Positions 39,693 through 53,564 of a stretch of DNA of 64,000 bases are shown in pieces (position 1 is the stretch's first letter; each line of letters starts with the position of its first letter). The notes beneath the pieces are model-generated. The model was given only the letters and a program-made list of their open reading frames with translations. It was not told the origin of the DNA and did not search any database. The stretch is from Macrostomum lignano. Lineage: Eukaryota. Location of the stretch: positions 310,001 to 374,000 of the forward strand of contig NIVC01000829.1 of the NCBI GenBank assembly GCA_002269645.1, given 5' to 3'. The position numbers were made by a program, and so were the translations under genes.

Positions 39693-41584
39693 TTTTTGTG
39701 CTCTGAATTGCCTCTTTGCTGCAGTCTTATTGCAGACTATTATTTATAGATTAAAGTTTTTGCAAAAAACTGCTTTAAGCTTTGAATGATTCACAGTTTA
39801 TAGATAGTCAGTGCATCAGTCAGATAGCACATCAGTTCAAACTCTGCATAGAATAGAAATAGGGGAACTGGCAATGAAGGAAAGTGGCATGGTAGAGCTA
39901 GTCAATAATGGGGGGTCTAAATGTACATTGACAGAGCTGACTGTACAGTGGAATTAGACTCTCTAAGAATTCATCAAATTATAATAAATCTGTTTTAACT
40001 CTGGTTTTTCAGTATTTAATATTTTGGCCTATTAGTGATGCAACCAAAAATTGGTTTAGGGGCAGACTCTAAAAGATAAAGACTCCAAAAAGGTAAAGAC
40101 TCTAAAAAGGTAAAAGGGGAAGGTCTATATTGTGGCAAAAATGTGCTTGGTTACCCTTTGGTTTTTTTCAAGTCAAAGAACTGCCCCTGCCCCCCCCTAC
40201 TGTTGCTTATGGTCTTGGACTAAAAACCTCATCTGGCCCTTGAGTAGAAAAAGGTTGCCAATCCCTGGCCTAAGCAGTTTAATAAAACTGTATTTTTTTA
40301 CTATTTATATATTTATCCCCCAGTTTTGATTTTTATACTTGCCCCTAGTGAGGGTTTCTATCTCAAATTATAGTTACTTTAGTGTCACATACAAAATTTC
40401 ATACCAACTAGTTAAATTGCTAAAATGTATTATCTTCAGTGTTGGGCACAAAACCCAAAAAGCATCAATGAAAACTGATATTCAAATATCCTTTCTAAAA
40501 AAGTATTGCTGATACCTAAAAGTCTAATACCCAAATTTTAGTAATTGTTGATATCCTAATGCTGATACTTTATTCTAATACCTAGATTTTGCAAAAAGCA
40601 ATGTTTAGGACTACAAAATAAATGCTTATAATTTAGGCTTTTTAGACTTTCTTCTAAATTTTTAAGGCAAAAGGCGAGAAGTATTGTTTTAAATAAAGAA
40701 ACCTTCAGTAAAATAAATAAAAAAGTTAACAAATAAAAAAAACAATAATTTGCCATTATAGTTGATTAATTAACTACTTACTAGCCACTGTAATCAGTCT
40801 TTTTTGTCTATTCTATTAGCACTATTATTGTTTTTATATAGTATGACAGCCTCTAAGTTTGCAATTGCTATACCTACACACTTAATCCCTCAGCCCTTGA
40901 TTTGGAGATTAGGCCTAGGTATACTCAGTTAGCCAATTAGACCAACTGCTCTAAGTAGGCCTAGCCTAATCTTTAAACTTTGATTAGGCAATACCTTGCC
41001 TTTTACTCTTAATACATATAAACTACAAGCAAATTGTATTACTTTCTCTTCCATTTACTTCCCTTGGTCTCACCTAATATATATATATATAAAATATATA
41101 TATATATATATAAATAGATATTGTAGTAGTGCTTCAATACTGTACGAATTTTGAGCAATAAAGGTATGTTTTCTTTGAAACTAAACTCGTGCGAAATACT
41201 AGATAAATATTTTGTTTTACTGTACCGAATATTTTGTTTTACTGCGTGAAATAAATTGGGAAGTTATTTTTTTGTTTTAATCATATGGGGGGAAACCACT
41301 ATATATAGGAGCAATTTTATAGCAAATAAACTAATTGTCTTGTACCCGTGAGCAAATAATTGTGAACAGAATAAGCAGTTCAATCTAAACCATTTCAAAG
41401 TCTTTGAGCTAAATAGCGACTTATTCATTTGCAAAACCTGTGAAACGATTCTAAGAAATTTGCTAAGAGAAGGGAATTGGGACTAATTCTTGGAGATATA
41501 CTAAGAGAGGCGCCGTGACCCTCTAGTCTCGGTGAATGCCCGATTAGGACTATTCACTAATACATATACCAGTACTAGACCGCT

Positions 41585-41735
41585 CAGGCCATAAGCTACC
41601 AGAACGCTACCAGAAAGCAAGCCATAAGCTACTAGAACGCTACCAGAAAGCAAGCCATAAGCTACCAGAACACTACCAGAAAGCAAGCCATATGCTACCA
41701 GAACGCTACCAGAGACACTACTAAGAACGCTACCC
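41585..41735. repeat. 33-bp tandem repeat (GCCATAAGCTACCAGAACGCTACCAGAAAGCAA), about 4 copies
   Basis: Directly visible. Confidence 0.85.
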
Positions 41736-43679
41736 AGAATTATTTAAATGAAATTCTAAGAAATAGTTAGGGAGTAAAAACAAGTATAATCAGAATAATT
41801 GTAGGAATAACCCCTATAACAACTTGGTGATAGTTAGTGAAGATAGTTGGAGGACAGAAGTAAGCCCTATGATAATATATTTTAAAAAGTCAATTTATTT
41901 ATTTATTTCTGACTATTTGTACATTGCTTACTAAATTGCTTAGATTATTATTATACCACAATACCTGAAATACTAGAATTCAAAGTCCAATACTAAAATA
42001 CTAGACAAACATTATAGATCAAGATCATACATGCGCAACCTTAGGAATCACTTGGCTAAAATAAACTAAAATAATTTGCAATGGGAAACTGAAAGATTGC
42101 CCTAATTTTTGTTGGAAGAAAATTAAATTTCTGAATATACATATTTTTAGACTTGAATAGACCTATGGCCTATACGCTATGGCTATATATCTTCTAGATT
42201 ATAAAGATAATATTTCCGTTATACCTTAAATTCTAAATCTAGAGGAGGACAGTACAGTCTAGATAGTCTACAGACAGTTTCTTAGGCCTAATGTTAGTTA
42301 AAAATATTGATATTATTTAAATTTAACATATTAATTAATTAAATATTTTTCCTGAAATATTAACCAGTGGAAGCAGCACTGGTTTAAAAATAAATTATAA
42401 TTCACTACGCCAGGATTATATTTTACATTAGGCCTATTAGATATTAGTTTTTTTCGTTTATATTTTTGGTAGAAACAAGCACTATAAAATATAGGCGAAT
42501 ATTAAAATAAACCACGGTTCGATTTGGTGCTCAGCTCGATCTATCATCTATCGTTTGTATGTGATAATGTGACGATAACGATATGAAGTAAGAACTCTTT
42601 CAAATGTGATAAAAATAATTAATTAATATGTAGAATGAATAAACAAAGAAACTAGTAGACATTTATAAATGTTTCGTTCTAATTTTTACACTTGATAAAG
42701 GCAGTAGTACTTTAAATACAATTATTAAGTTAACTAAAATTACTTTGAACTAAAAAATATTGTGTTAAATTAATTAATTAACTAATAGCAATTCAAATAA
42801 TTGTTATAATTAACGCAAAAAATCGTAAAAAGTTTAAGCTAGGTCCTTAAACATGGGTTTTGAATATTACATGTGAAATAAAAATATTGAAATAAAAATA
42901 TAAGATACATGTAATTTATAAGACTATGACGTTACTTCTCTAGAAGAATACATGTAATTGTCGTAAAAATTCTATCGATCATTAGCTTGATACAGTAAAT
43001 ACTTAAATTAATCCAATCGTATTGTAGTGTACTTTGAATGATTAATAATTGTGATTTCTCGCAGACATTATTACAAATCTAATTGATCAAATACATGTAA
43101 ATATGTTGCAAAATTAGATGTAGTCCTTAGCTTGCATGTGATCAGGTGCATCAGCGCGTCGCTATGGATTTTATGGTTAGGGACAAAGTAAAGAATTCTA
43201 AATGACGATATTCCTATATATATTATTTTGGATATCGGTGTTGTTAACACTCAATTTTGTTGCCAAACAAACACTCATTTTGTTCGCTTTTTCATAGCTT
43301 TTACTCAGGCCAGGGGGACATATGCACAGTTGTCCCGATGTCGGCCCCTGTCCCCCGTGGTGACGCGGGCCCATGCGTGTGATTATGAATTTAAGTACAA
43401 TTTCGTAAAATGAAACAATGTACAAGCTGGAAATAATTGCATATGAATTTAGTCTGCACGCGCCAGCATGAACCTCGGAAAAAAGGAAATTAAAGGGGTT
43501 ACAAACTCCGAAGGGCCGAGACCTTTCACGACTCTGTGAAAGGTCTCGGCCGTCGTGAAAGGTCTCGGCCTTTACTCGGAATTTGTTAGGGTTTTTAAAA
43601 ATTATTATGGCATTTGATTCAGTGCTATGTGCAGCACTTCCTTTTCTCTACGAACCTGTCGAGTCCCCAGCAGCTAGTT

Positions 43680-45040
43680 GGTGCCATCATATCGCTGTAT
43701 GGTGATACGCTGTGGTGACGGCAGACGGGTCTGAAGCTTCTTTTAGGAGTGCTACACAGAGCGACACATCCTAGCGCCGTTCCTCTTCATGCTGCTCCTG
43801 GCATGGATTATGCAGCTCTTGGAACGCACCCCCTCAGCAGGCGATGGCTTCCTGCTGTGCAGACACATTGGTCGTCGCCACAACGAGAAGCGCCTGAGCG
43901 TTTCTGGGCTACGCCGACGACCTCACACTCCTGTCCTCAACTGTTGATGGTGCACAGCGCTAGATTAAGGTTGGTCGAGGTGGCATCAAAGCGTCTGCCT
44001 ATTTGTCGACGCTGAAGACTAAGGCACTGGCATGACCATCTCAGCGAGCCGATATCCCAGCGGAGCTGACATGCCGCGGCGCAGACAGGCAGACGACCAA
44101 CCTCGCGCATGCTGTCAGCGGTTCACCTCGGCGGTTTGGTGCCCAACGTTGAGGACGAAATTCGGCGACGCAGATCTAGATCGAGAGGACTTGCTTGAAC
44201 GTCGACGGCCTACCGGTCGATTCGCGTCATCCTTCAGTCCAAAGCGCTGCCCGATCATCAGAGGGTTCGGCTGTTGAGACTGTCTTGCTTGACAACGCTG
44301 AAACGTGCGTGTTTAAGGGACGCTAGAATTCGCGCGACTGGATTTTGCGCTAATTGTTTTCTGCACGCCAGGATTTTGCGCGAATCGGATGATTTTAGGC
44401 GACTTGAAATTGAATCGACTGCATCATTTCTCGCGACTTACATGCATTTCAAGCGGCTAGATTTCGCACGACTGCAGTATTTCGTCCGACTGGATTTTGC
44501 GCGACTGAATTTCGCGCAACTGGATTTCGATCGACCGGATTTAAATCCAGTCGCGTGAAATCCAGTCGCTAGAAAGAATTCGCGCGCTTCAATGCCAGAT
44601 CGCGCGAAATCCAGTCGTGCGAATTCTAGCGTCCCGATGTTAACGGCCACGCGCTGGAGCAACAGCTAGACAATTGGAGCACTCGGCCCGTGGGGCTGCT
44701 CCATGCGTTCAGGCTGACAAAAGCGTCCCGTCCAAGGACCTGTGCGAGAGGAACGCACAGCTGCAAGACAAAAAAAACATATGTACCATCCCGCGCCGAG
44801 ACGGCGACTCCAACTGACAGGCGCTACGTGCAGATCCGGGCTAGCTATTGCCCAAGCCTGTCCAGGACATCCAGCCGCTCACTTTGCGGGAACCGTTCGT
44901 CAGCGGGCTCAAGCGATCGAGGACACGGAGATACGTGGACTAAATCCTGAGCAACGTTGGGGCGCCCGACACCGTCGATCAATGGGCCGGGCAATGGATT
45001 CTTCGCCTGCTAGAGCTTCCACATGCCATCTGACGCTCCC
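43680..45040 (+). mobile_element. Decayed RTE-like non-LTR retrotransposon, 3' half of RT, interrupted by a MITE
   Basis: GVLQxD/LAPFLFMLLL (about 43745-43810), LGYADDLTLLS (43904-43936) and RRRLQLTG (about 44800), all with frameshifts and stops. Confidence 0.8.
44317..44635. mobile_element. 319-bp MITE with 29-bp TIRs and CGCGACTGGATTT sub-terminal repeats
   Basis: GGGACGCTAGAATTCGCGCGACTGGATTT ... AAATCCAGTCGTGCGAATTCTAGCGTCCC; TTAA at the left flank only. Confidence 0.88.
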
Positions 45041-45416
45041 TCCCCTGACTACTGGGGACTGCATATTTTTTTGTTGCTGTTGTTCTATATAATTACCTAC
45101 GAGTATAAGCTGGTTATTTTACAAATTCAACGCTACAAACCTTTGTAGCTACGAAATCGTACAGTTTCTGACGTTTCAACATCACGCTATGCAAGATTGG
45201 AGACGTGCACTGAAGCAACAGTAAGGTCTGTGAAGCTGATTTTTTACATAAAGACAGATTTCAGAAGGTAAATTTTAGTTTCAAGTCAAAAATCGTTTTA
45301 CATTCAATTGTTTTTTGCCAAATCGATATTTTTGTTTTTTTTTTCTTATCGGGAACAACAACAACAACAACAACAAAATTCGCGACCCGCATGCACAGTC
45401 ACAGCTAGAGCAGGGC

Positions 45417-47100
45417 GCGACAGACTGGCCGGTCGGATAGGACAGGTAATGGATCAGGCGGACCCGCCCGTTGGACTTGGGAAGGGCACCGATGGGGTTG
45501 ATTTTGATCGGGCCGCTCCATTGGATGTACCTCCCAAGGCGCAGCTCCTCCTCGACCTGGGCTTCCACAGCAGAGCGGTGCAGCAGGGCGGAGGCGTGGT
45601 TCTTGGACGAAGTCAAAGGTGGCTGGCCAGCATTGGTGAGAGCGAAACCGTTGACGACGCCTTGCATCAGAAAGTCGCGGTCTGAGTCGTCGCTGAGCAG
45701 AGCACCCCAGGCGTCAGGTTGCAGGTCAGACGAGATGGGCAGCGAAGAAGTAAAAGCAGAAAAATCGGAATTAAAAGCAGAGCAGTCAGCTGGATAAAAT
45801 GGCATCAGTTTTTTGCACTCGCACCGGTCACGTGACCCGGCAGCTGTCCGGTGAGTAATGACTGCGGCGACTGCGTGTGAGCGTGAGCCGGGTGCGCTGC
45901 CAGGCAGCCTTGGATTTTGCAGACGTAGCGGAACTTGCAGTTCTGGCGGTTGCATCCGGACTCGCAGTTGAAGCGCAGACAGATCGGCCTGGTTGCTGCC
46001 GGGATTTGCTGCTGGCTGGGCTGCTTAGCGAACGTGAACCGCAGGTTTCTGGGGGCGTTGAGGTGCTTGTGGTACAACTGAGGGGGCTCCTCACCCCACG
46101 CCATGCCCGACTCCGCAACCAGCCTCCGGTAGTCCTCGTCAAACTCCCAGATTACGGACTCCGGGTAGTCAGCAGCCAGCAGCTCTCCAATCTTGCGATT
46201 GTAGTCAAGGTAGCCAAGGACGTCAGTCAGGAGACCATCAGTGCTTCCAGCAGCCGCCGGGAGTTTTTCCTTGATCAGCTTTTGCAAGATGATCGAGTTG
46301 GCCGCGATCCACTGACCAGCAGAGATACTAGACAGCTTCGGCTCCTGCTTTCTGAATGTGAGCGAGCCATTCTCCATAGTGGCGATCAACTGCTCCTGAC
46401 TGGCTGAGCCGGGTCCTCTGGCTAGCTTGATGTGGTCTCTGACTGGATGCAACTTGCGAGTCGGAGCCTGGCAATTAGCGGCCTGAAGCTGAGCCGCCTC
46501 CCTCATCCCAGATTCAAAAACCTCGGGCAACTGCAGACTGGCATGTGCGTTATGCTCACCTGATGATGATGCTGGCTGGGGCTGAGCCGTCAAGCGCTGC
46601 TGAGTGTGAAGCTGTTGCTGAAGATCCCGACGACGGCCTTCCAGGACTTGCAGTTCGAGCAGCTCCACCTCCTGCCGCAGCGCAGCCAGCCGGTCGCTCC
46701 CCGCCCCCGGAGGCGCCTCGCCCGCGCTGCCGATGCCGTCTTCGGCGTCCGGAGCAGAAGTCATCTCGGAGTTGTTGAAGTCTTCGTCAGGTTGCTCTAA
46801 ACCGAGTGCAGTAGACAAGCGCTTGGCAAGCTGTTGTTTGCGGCCCGTAGTAGGCAGGCCTCTGTTTCGCAGCTCAGCCTTGAGTTGGCGCACGTTTAGT
46901 CGCTTTGGGCTGGCACTCATGGCGGTGGCTGAGCAAAAAAATTGAGAAATGGCGGCGGAGCCAAGCCGGGCCGGGTGCAGAGGCTTTAAGCTGGCCGGCG
47001 CGGCCAACACCCCCACACCTCAACCCCCCGCCAAAGTACAGCGATATGTACAGCGGCACCCTCCGGCGCGTCTAACACCCCTTACTCAGAGAGTAACGAT
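45417..47100 (-). mobile_element. DIRS/Ngaro-type (tyrosine recombinase retrotransposon) fragment: intact gag-like ORF1 and truncated RT
   Basis: ORF2 has DRDFLMQGVVNGF...NHASA...EEELRLGR...NPIGALPKSNGRVRLIHYLSYP, the typical Ngaro RT N-terminus, and is cut at about 45417. ORF1 has DEDYRR...W plus ICLRFN..GC..NCKFRYVC..C...H zinc motifs. Confidence 0.82.
45805..46920 (-). CDS. Gag-like ORF1 (371 aa) with N-terminal SAP domain and C-terminal Cys/His fingers
   Basis: LNVRQLKAELRNRGLPTTGRKQQLAKRL is a SAP consensus; the ORF is uninterrupted; its stop overlaps the ORF2 ATG (TGATG, 45807-45803). Confidence 0.8.
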   Translation of the reverse strand: MSASPKRLNVRQLKAELRNRGLPTTGRKQQLAKRLSTALGLEQPDEDFNNSEMTSAPDAEDGIGSAGEAPPGAGSDRLAALRQEVELLELQVLEGRRRDLQQQLHTQQRLTAQPQPASSSGEHNAHASLQLPEVFESGMREAAQLQAANCQAPTRKLHPVRDHIKLARGPGSASQEQLIATMENGSLTFRKQEPKLSSISAGQWIAANSIILQKLIKEKLPAAAGSTDGLLTDVLGYLDYNRKIGELLAADYPESVIWEFDEDYRRLVAESGMAWGEEPPQLYHKHLNAPRNLRFTFAKQPSQQQIPAATRPICLRFNCESGCNRQNCKFRYVCKIQGCLAAHPAHAHTQSPQSLLTGQLPGHVTGASAKN

Positions 47101-48069
47101 TGCAATCATTATCGATGGGCATCCTGAAAGTATAAACTCTCAGAGTAGAAAAGTATTCAGCATTTAGTAATTTATAATTGGTCCCCTTTTCTGGCGAATT
47201 GGAGACAAAAGGGGGAGACAAAATACTACTCCCAGTAGTAAATACGCCTAGTTCGATAAAGTAAATATCTGGAGACAAGCTCATAGTTAAAAAATAAACT
47301 ACACGAGGTAGATGTACGTAGATTATCCAGCTGACTCAAAAGAGATCACTTTGATTCTACTGGATATGGCGGCCTTTATAGAAACTTTGACGTTGAACTC
47401 CACATGCACACCCAACAAATGACACTGCCAAGTATATTGTGATTGTGACGATATTAAAGTACTTTAATCCAATTTTTAAGTAGAATCTCCATACTTCGCA
47501 TATAAATCCTGCTTCAGTGCTTTAATTGAAATTATACACTAAAAGGCTTGTATAATTCTATGAAGGAAGTCGCAGACCTACATACATGTATCTGTGCGGT
47601 GCAGGACTGTGAAAAATTTCCCGCTAAGAAATGGTTGGAGATATTCTCAGCTTTCAATATTCGCTCCGATCGATGTTCATTTGAAACGGATGGAAATTAA
47701 TGGTTTTTAAAGGTAAAGAAGCAGCCGTAGAAGAACTCTTGTTGAAGTTTCGTATGAACAGACAGATATAGCTATATAGTAGTCAAAGTACATGTACTAA
47801 CCTTTGTAGATTTTAGAGATTCCTTTTTGGCATATATCTTATAAGTACTCGCGTATAATTATTTCCAACCAATGAGATGGAATTCGTACTATCAATAATA
47901 AGAAATTAGAATTTTAACACATTCATTGTAATACGTTAGGTTATCGGTTGAAGAACAAAAAAGTCAATTTTAATCACGAAAACATTTAGCCATCTTCCAT
48001 ATATTTTTTGTTCCACCAATAAATGAGAAACTCTATATTTAAAACAAAACTACCGCCATCGTCGCCGTG

Positions 48070-50733
48070 TCACAATAATGGATAGCGGTGTGCCAAAAAA
48101 CTGAGAAAAGCCAAAAATGAGAGCGTAGACCGTTTGGACAAACCAGCGACTTTTCGAGCAGACATCTTCTTCCCCTTGCGAGTATTACCGGAACACATGC
48201 CCATATAATAGGGCACCTTGAACTCTTTGGGATACAGCGCCCTCATTTTGTCCACATCCAGTTTGGTCATGGACTGTCGGTTAGCTACGATTTTAGACCC
48301 GTCAGATTTCTTGATCATGGTGTAGGCTCCGTTGCAGGAGAAGTGACAGGAGCCGTAGTGCATGATCGATGCGCTGTCGTAGGTGAGCTTTAGACTCGGG
48401 TCCGGCCCATCCATTGTGATGTAGTAGTTTGAGCACTCCGATGCTGCAATGTTTTGGGGAAGCAGAGTGACATATTTATCTCGGTCTGGCCGGCACTGCT
48501 CGTGATACCGACCCAGAGCGTGTAGAATCTCGTGCTGGATTGTGCCGAACGGACAGGAGTCCTCGTGAAGCCACACGCGGGTAAACGTTGGCTGCATGCC
48601 AACCTCAGCCCGGCACTGTGATAAAAAATTAATGAGTATAAGCTAGTATTGTTAAAACTGAATTAAGATGCTATTTATTTGAATTTTGCTAATAAATTTA
48701 TCATTGATTTTAGGTTTCTTCCACTGAAACGTAGATCTGCGGCTGAGCTGTCGGTTGCACATCTGGTCCAATTGGGCATTATGTGTTACATGTACATCGA
48801 ATTCGTCAACAAACTATTCGTCAACAGACCTAAAGTTTAAGAAATTCGTGGAAATCGAATTCCTCAACAGTTAAAACAAGCTGAGCGAATTCGTCATTCG
48901 GCGATCCATACTATGTACATAATACCACGTTGTACATAGTTGAGTATATCCAGATACAATTACAAGTATATCAAGAGTCCATCGGGTATAACGGTTTGTG
49001 TGCTGCGTATGCTTTATTACACTTTATTGCATCTCTCGAGTGAAGTACGTCACTATAATTCAAATTTAATCCCAAGTTTTGTTTATTTCAACCATTAACA
49101 AGGTTTTGAACTTCAGATTTCAAAATGCGTGCAAAAATAGTTCCGGGAATTTAATATTGGAAATCAGTGGGTTTAAAATCTGCGGGAATTAGCAGCTTGT
49201 AAAAAATTAATATCAAATAAAAACCCTGATCCTCCTTCGTTATCTTACATGTGTCTTCTCAATAGGCTTTTTGTCTTTAAATTTTTAGCGTGTAGCAAAT
49301 ATACTAATAAATAGCGTACGTATTTTCAGGTAAACTGAAATTCGTCAACAGTGCATTGTAAGGTAAACCGAATTCGTCAACAGACGTCAAGTTGACGAAT
49401 TAGATTTTGACGAATTCGGTGGCACCCTCAATCATTATTATTGTCATGTATACTCTGCGTACGTACGCTCGTATATAAGCGTACGTATCCTATGTTCCGT
49501 GTATGCTCAGGGTCAACAGAATGGCATGACGGCGTCCCCCCTGCGAACGTGTCCTTGCATTTATGACTGTGGATTGCTTTGTCGATTTGAAACTTAGCAG
49601 CAACTACAACCCCACTGGAGACTATGGAATGAGCTAATCCTGTTCAAATTCCATATATGCTTAATTAACATCAGCCAACTTCGTGCCGACTCACCAGTTT
49701 GTTCACATCATTAATGATGTGCATGTAGCCTTTGCGGCAGATTTCACCGCTTGAGGTTTGCGCCGCCTTGAACTCCAAATGCTCCTCGCCAACATTTTCC
49801 TGGATAATTTTCATTGCCTCGAGAATCTTCTTTGAGTAATCGAAGCTGAATGAGGGATCAATCAAGTAGAATATGATGCCGCCAGGCCAGAACTTCATGT
49901 TCAAGTTGTAGTTCGGGTCCAAGGTGTCAGAACTCGCCCGATCGGCCTGTCCCCTGGACGATGGCGGTGGACTCCTGGGAAACACCATGTCGTCAATCAC
50001 CAGATATTCGGTTCCGTACGGGGTTTTTTCGATTTGGCCCATTGAATTTCTGAGGAAATAAATATGGATTGTCTATCAATACATTGTACAGTGACATTCA
50101 TGAATGTTATATATTTAGCAAAAAACATATTCATTCAAATACTTTTCTCTTTACCTCAGGAGGGTGTCCTTGATTGGCGGATATCCACCAGTCTGGAATG
50201 TATTGTTCAGATAGGATCGCGGAATTAAAAAAGTTATAAGTTAAACCTTAAATATTCGAGTTAAATATTAATTTAGCTTTAATTAACAAGATACATATAT
50301 AGTCATTTTAATTTTGTTTAACAGTATATGCTTTTGGTAATCTTACTCGCAAACAAGCTAACATTTATAACTAGATTTTTTAAAAGTAAAAATTACATAT
50401 CTTATTAAACTAACAGTTATCCGTGACGTTAGAAATGCCTGCATACTTACAGGCTAATGCCTGCAAGGGGACGGACATGGCCCTTCTGCGAAGATCCAAT
50501 TGATTGTGGCACATAGCTAAATAACTATAATTATATATTCATTGCTAAGAACTCAAACTTACTGAACTTTTTATGGCAGCCGTGCAACTGCAGCTCTTAT
50601 TTTGAAAGTATGGGCACTGGAGATTCTTATTGTTGCTGTTTTTATTGCTTTTGCTAGCGGCCTGATTTACAGGCAACGCCTGCAGACCAACACAACAAGT
50701 TGCAGCAACGATTAGCAGAGTTGGCCACTGCAT
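48070..50733 (-). CDS. Astacin-family zinc metalloprotease A; exons 50733..50563, (50485..50451 or 50192..50155), 50049..49695, 48615..about 48070 (3' end uncertain)
   Basis: Signal peptide MQWPTLLIVAATCCVGLQA, WPGGIIFY, HEILHALGRYHEQCRPDRD (HExxHxxGxxH) and Met-turn SIMHY; phase-consistent GT-AG sites. Confidence 0.88.
48790..49425. mobile_element. Degenerate MITE-like insertion in an astacin A intron
   Basis: Repeated GAATTCGTCAAC motifs, with reverse-oriented copies (GACGAATT) at the right end; left terminus degenerate. Confidence 0.45.
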
Positions 50734-50996
50734 TGCAGAATTTTTTGCAGCCTTTGAAGACGCCGGCAGCTTCATGGCAGATTCGGCTGCTCATTTTCGA
50801 AAAAAATAGACAAAAACAACCCTTTTTTAGGAGCTTCGGTCTGCATTGTGTGCATCTCAAACGAAAATGCGATATCATTCTCCATAGCTGTGCAGAAGTA
50901 GCAGAATCAGATTGAGTCTATGGTCAAATTTTAAAGCACTTTGGACTTTAGGAACTTTGTACTTTCCTATTGTCTGGCGTAACTTTGCAGTAGCTG

Positions 50997-51393
50997 GGTG
51001 CTGGCGCCCCTTGGTGCTGGCGCCCCTTGGTGCTGGCGCCCCTTGGTGCTGGCGCCCCTTGGTGCTGGCGCCCCTTGGTGCTGGCGCCCCTTGGTGCTGG
51101 CGCCCCTTGGTGCTGGCGCACCTTGGTGCTGGCGCCCCTTGGTGCTGGCGCCCCTTGGTGCTGGCGCCCCTTGGTGCTGGCGCCCCTTGGTGCTGGCGCC
51201 CTTGGTGCTGGCGCACCTTGGTGCTGGCGCCCCTTGGTGCTGGCGCACCTTGGTGCTGGCGCCCCTTGGTGCTGGCGCCCCTTGGTGCTGGCGCCCCTTG
51301 GTGCTGGCGCCCCTTGGTGCTGGCGCCCCTTGGTGCTGGCGCCCCTTGGTGCTGGCGCCCCTTGGTGCTGGCGCCCCTTGGTGCTGGCGCCCC
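50997..51393. repeat. 16-bp GC-rich tandem repeat (GGTGCTGGCGCCCCTT); mirror copy at 62919-63316
   Basis: Directly visible. Confidence 0.95.
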
Positions 51394-52559
51394 TAGTTTT
51401 TTGTAGCTTTTTATCTCCACAATTTAATGTTTATATACTTCATAACTGCAATACATTTTCGCATCAAACAAACCTGATACGACGCCTAGAGCAAGGTGAA
51501 ATATTTCGTTGGTTTGGTTAGGTTTCCTATACAAAATTTGCAGACTATTATTGGGACACAAGAAAATTAGGAAAAAATGCGTACAAATGATGGTTAAATT
51601 AATAATTGTATATTAAAAAACACTCAGTTTCTTCACAGTTTTGTAAGGATGCATGAAAAATAAAATTATTCAACTTTTTCGAGTATATTTTACTGCTTCG
51701 GTAGAAATGAGTTGCAGATGTGTGCAATAATTCAGACAAAAGCAGAAGACCACATCCATGTCAGACAAATTGAAATTATTATCAGAATGCGGCAACTTTG
51801 GCCGAAAGTTTTTTTACCTCGTTTTTCAACGACGCCATCTTCGGCGCACATGCTCTCACTGTACGGCACCTTGAACTCTTTGGGATACAGCGCCCTCATT
51901 TTGTCCACATCCAGCTTGGTCATGGACTGTCGGTTGGGTTCGATTTTAGACCCGTCAGATTTCTTGATCATGGTGTAGGCACCGTTGCAGGAGAAGTGAC
52001 AGGAGCCGTAGTGCATGATCGATGCGCTGTCGTAGGTAAGCTTTAGACTCGGGTCCGGCCCATCCATTGTGATGTAGTAGTTTGCGCACTCATATGCTGC
52101 CATATTTTGTGGAAGCAGAGTGACATATTTATCTCGGTCTGGTCGGCACTGCTCGTGATACCGACCCAGAGCGTGCAGAATCTCGTGCTGGATTGTGCCG
52201 AACGGACAGGCGTCCGGGTGGAGCCACACATAGGTGTGCTTCACGCTCATGCCGACCTGTGCGCGGCACTGCCAAGGATGAGGCAGAAGGATTTGAGTAA
52301 AACTGAGCCGATGGTTCTATGGGCTAAAGTGATTTGCGATTCATTCCTGACCCCGTGAAACAAACAATTTTTTTATGGTTGCTGAATAGAGAATGGGGTT
52401 TCCCACTGAGTGTAACATTGTCTAGCCTCAGTAGGGCCGTATGAATAAAGTGATATTGCGTGGCTTTGCGAGATTTCTACGATCAATATGAATTATATTA
52501 TGAACAATATGAGCTGCCATAGACTAAAAGTCTGAGAATTTGCTCAGAAAATACGAACG

Positions 52560-53075
<516 letters not shown>

Positions 53076-53564
53076 TGTAGATAGATCTTTTAATGCACAC
53101 TTAAGTATTTACCACTGCACACTGCCACTGCACACTGCCACTGCACACTACCACTGCCACTAACTAACCTGTCTCTTGGAAGCTCTCTTCACAAACAGGT
53201 ACCCTTTGCGACAGATTGTACCGCTGGAAGTTTTCGCCTCTTAAACTCCAAATGATTCTTGCCGACATTCTCCTCGATTTTCTGCATTGCATTTAAAATT
53301 TCGTTCGAATAGTCCAAACTGAAGGCCGGGTCGATGTTGTAGAATATGATGCCGCCGGGCCAGAACTTCAAATCCAACTTGTAGTTCGGGTTGTTGGGAT
53401 CGGCAATCACCTGGTCAGCTTGTGACGATGACTGGGAGATGGGACTTCTGGGGAACATCATGTCGTCAATCACCAGGTACTCGGTTCCATCATCGTCAGT
53501 TTCTATGTGTCCCGGCATGTCGCTTTGAAAATTCGGATTTAAATTGACGTCAACAGCTGCAGAT

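Noticed and set aside
49490-49640. Coding-looking open frame in astacin A intron 3
   Set aside because: Its good acceptors are phase-incompatible, and exon 3 joins exon 4 directly as in gene C
50875-51521. Overlapping GAPAPR/WCWRPL ORFs (also 62791-63438)
   Set aside because: 16-bp tandem repeat open in several frames on both strands
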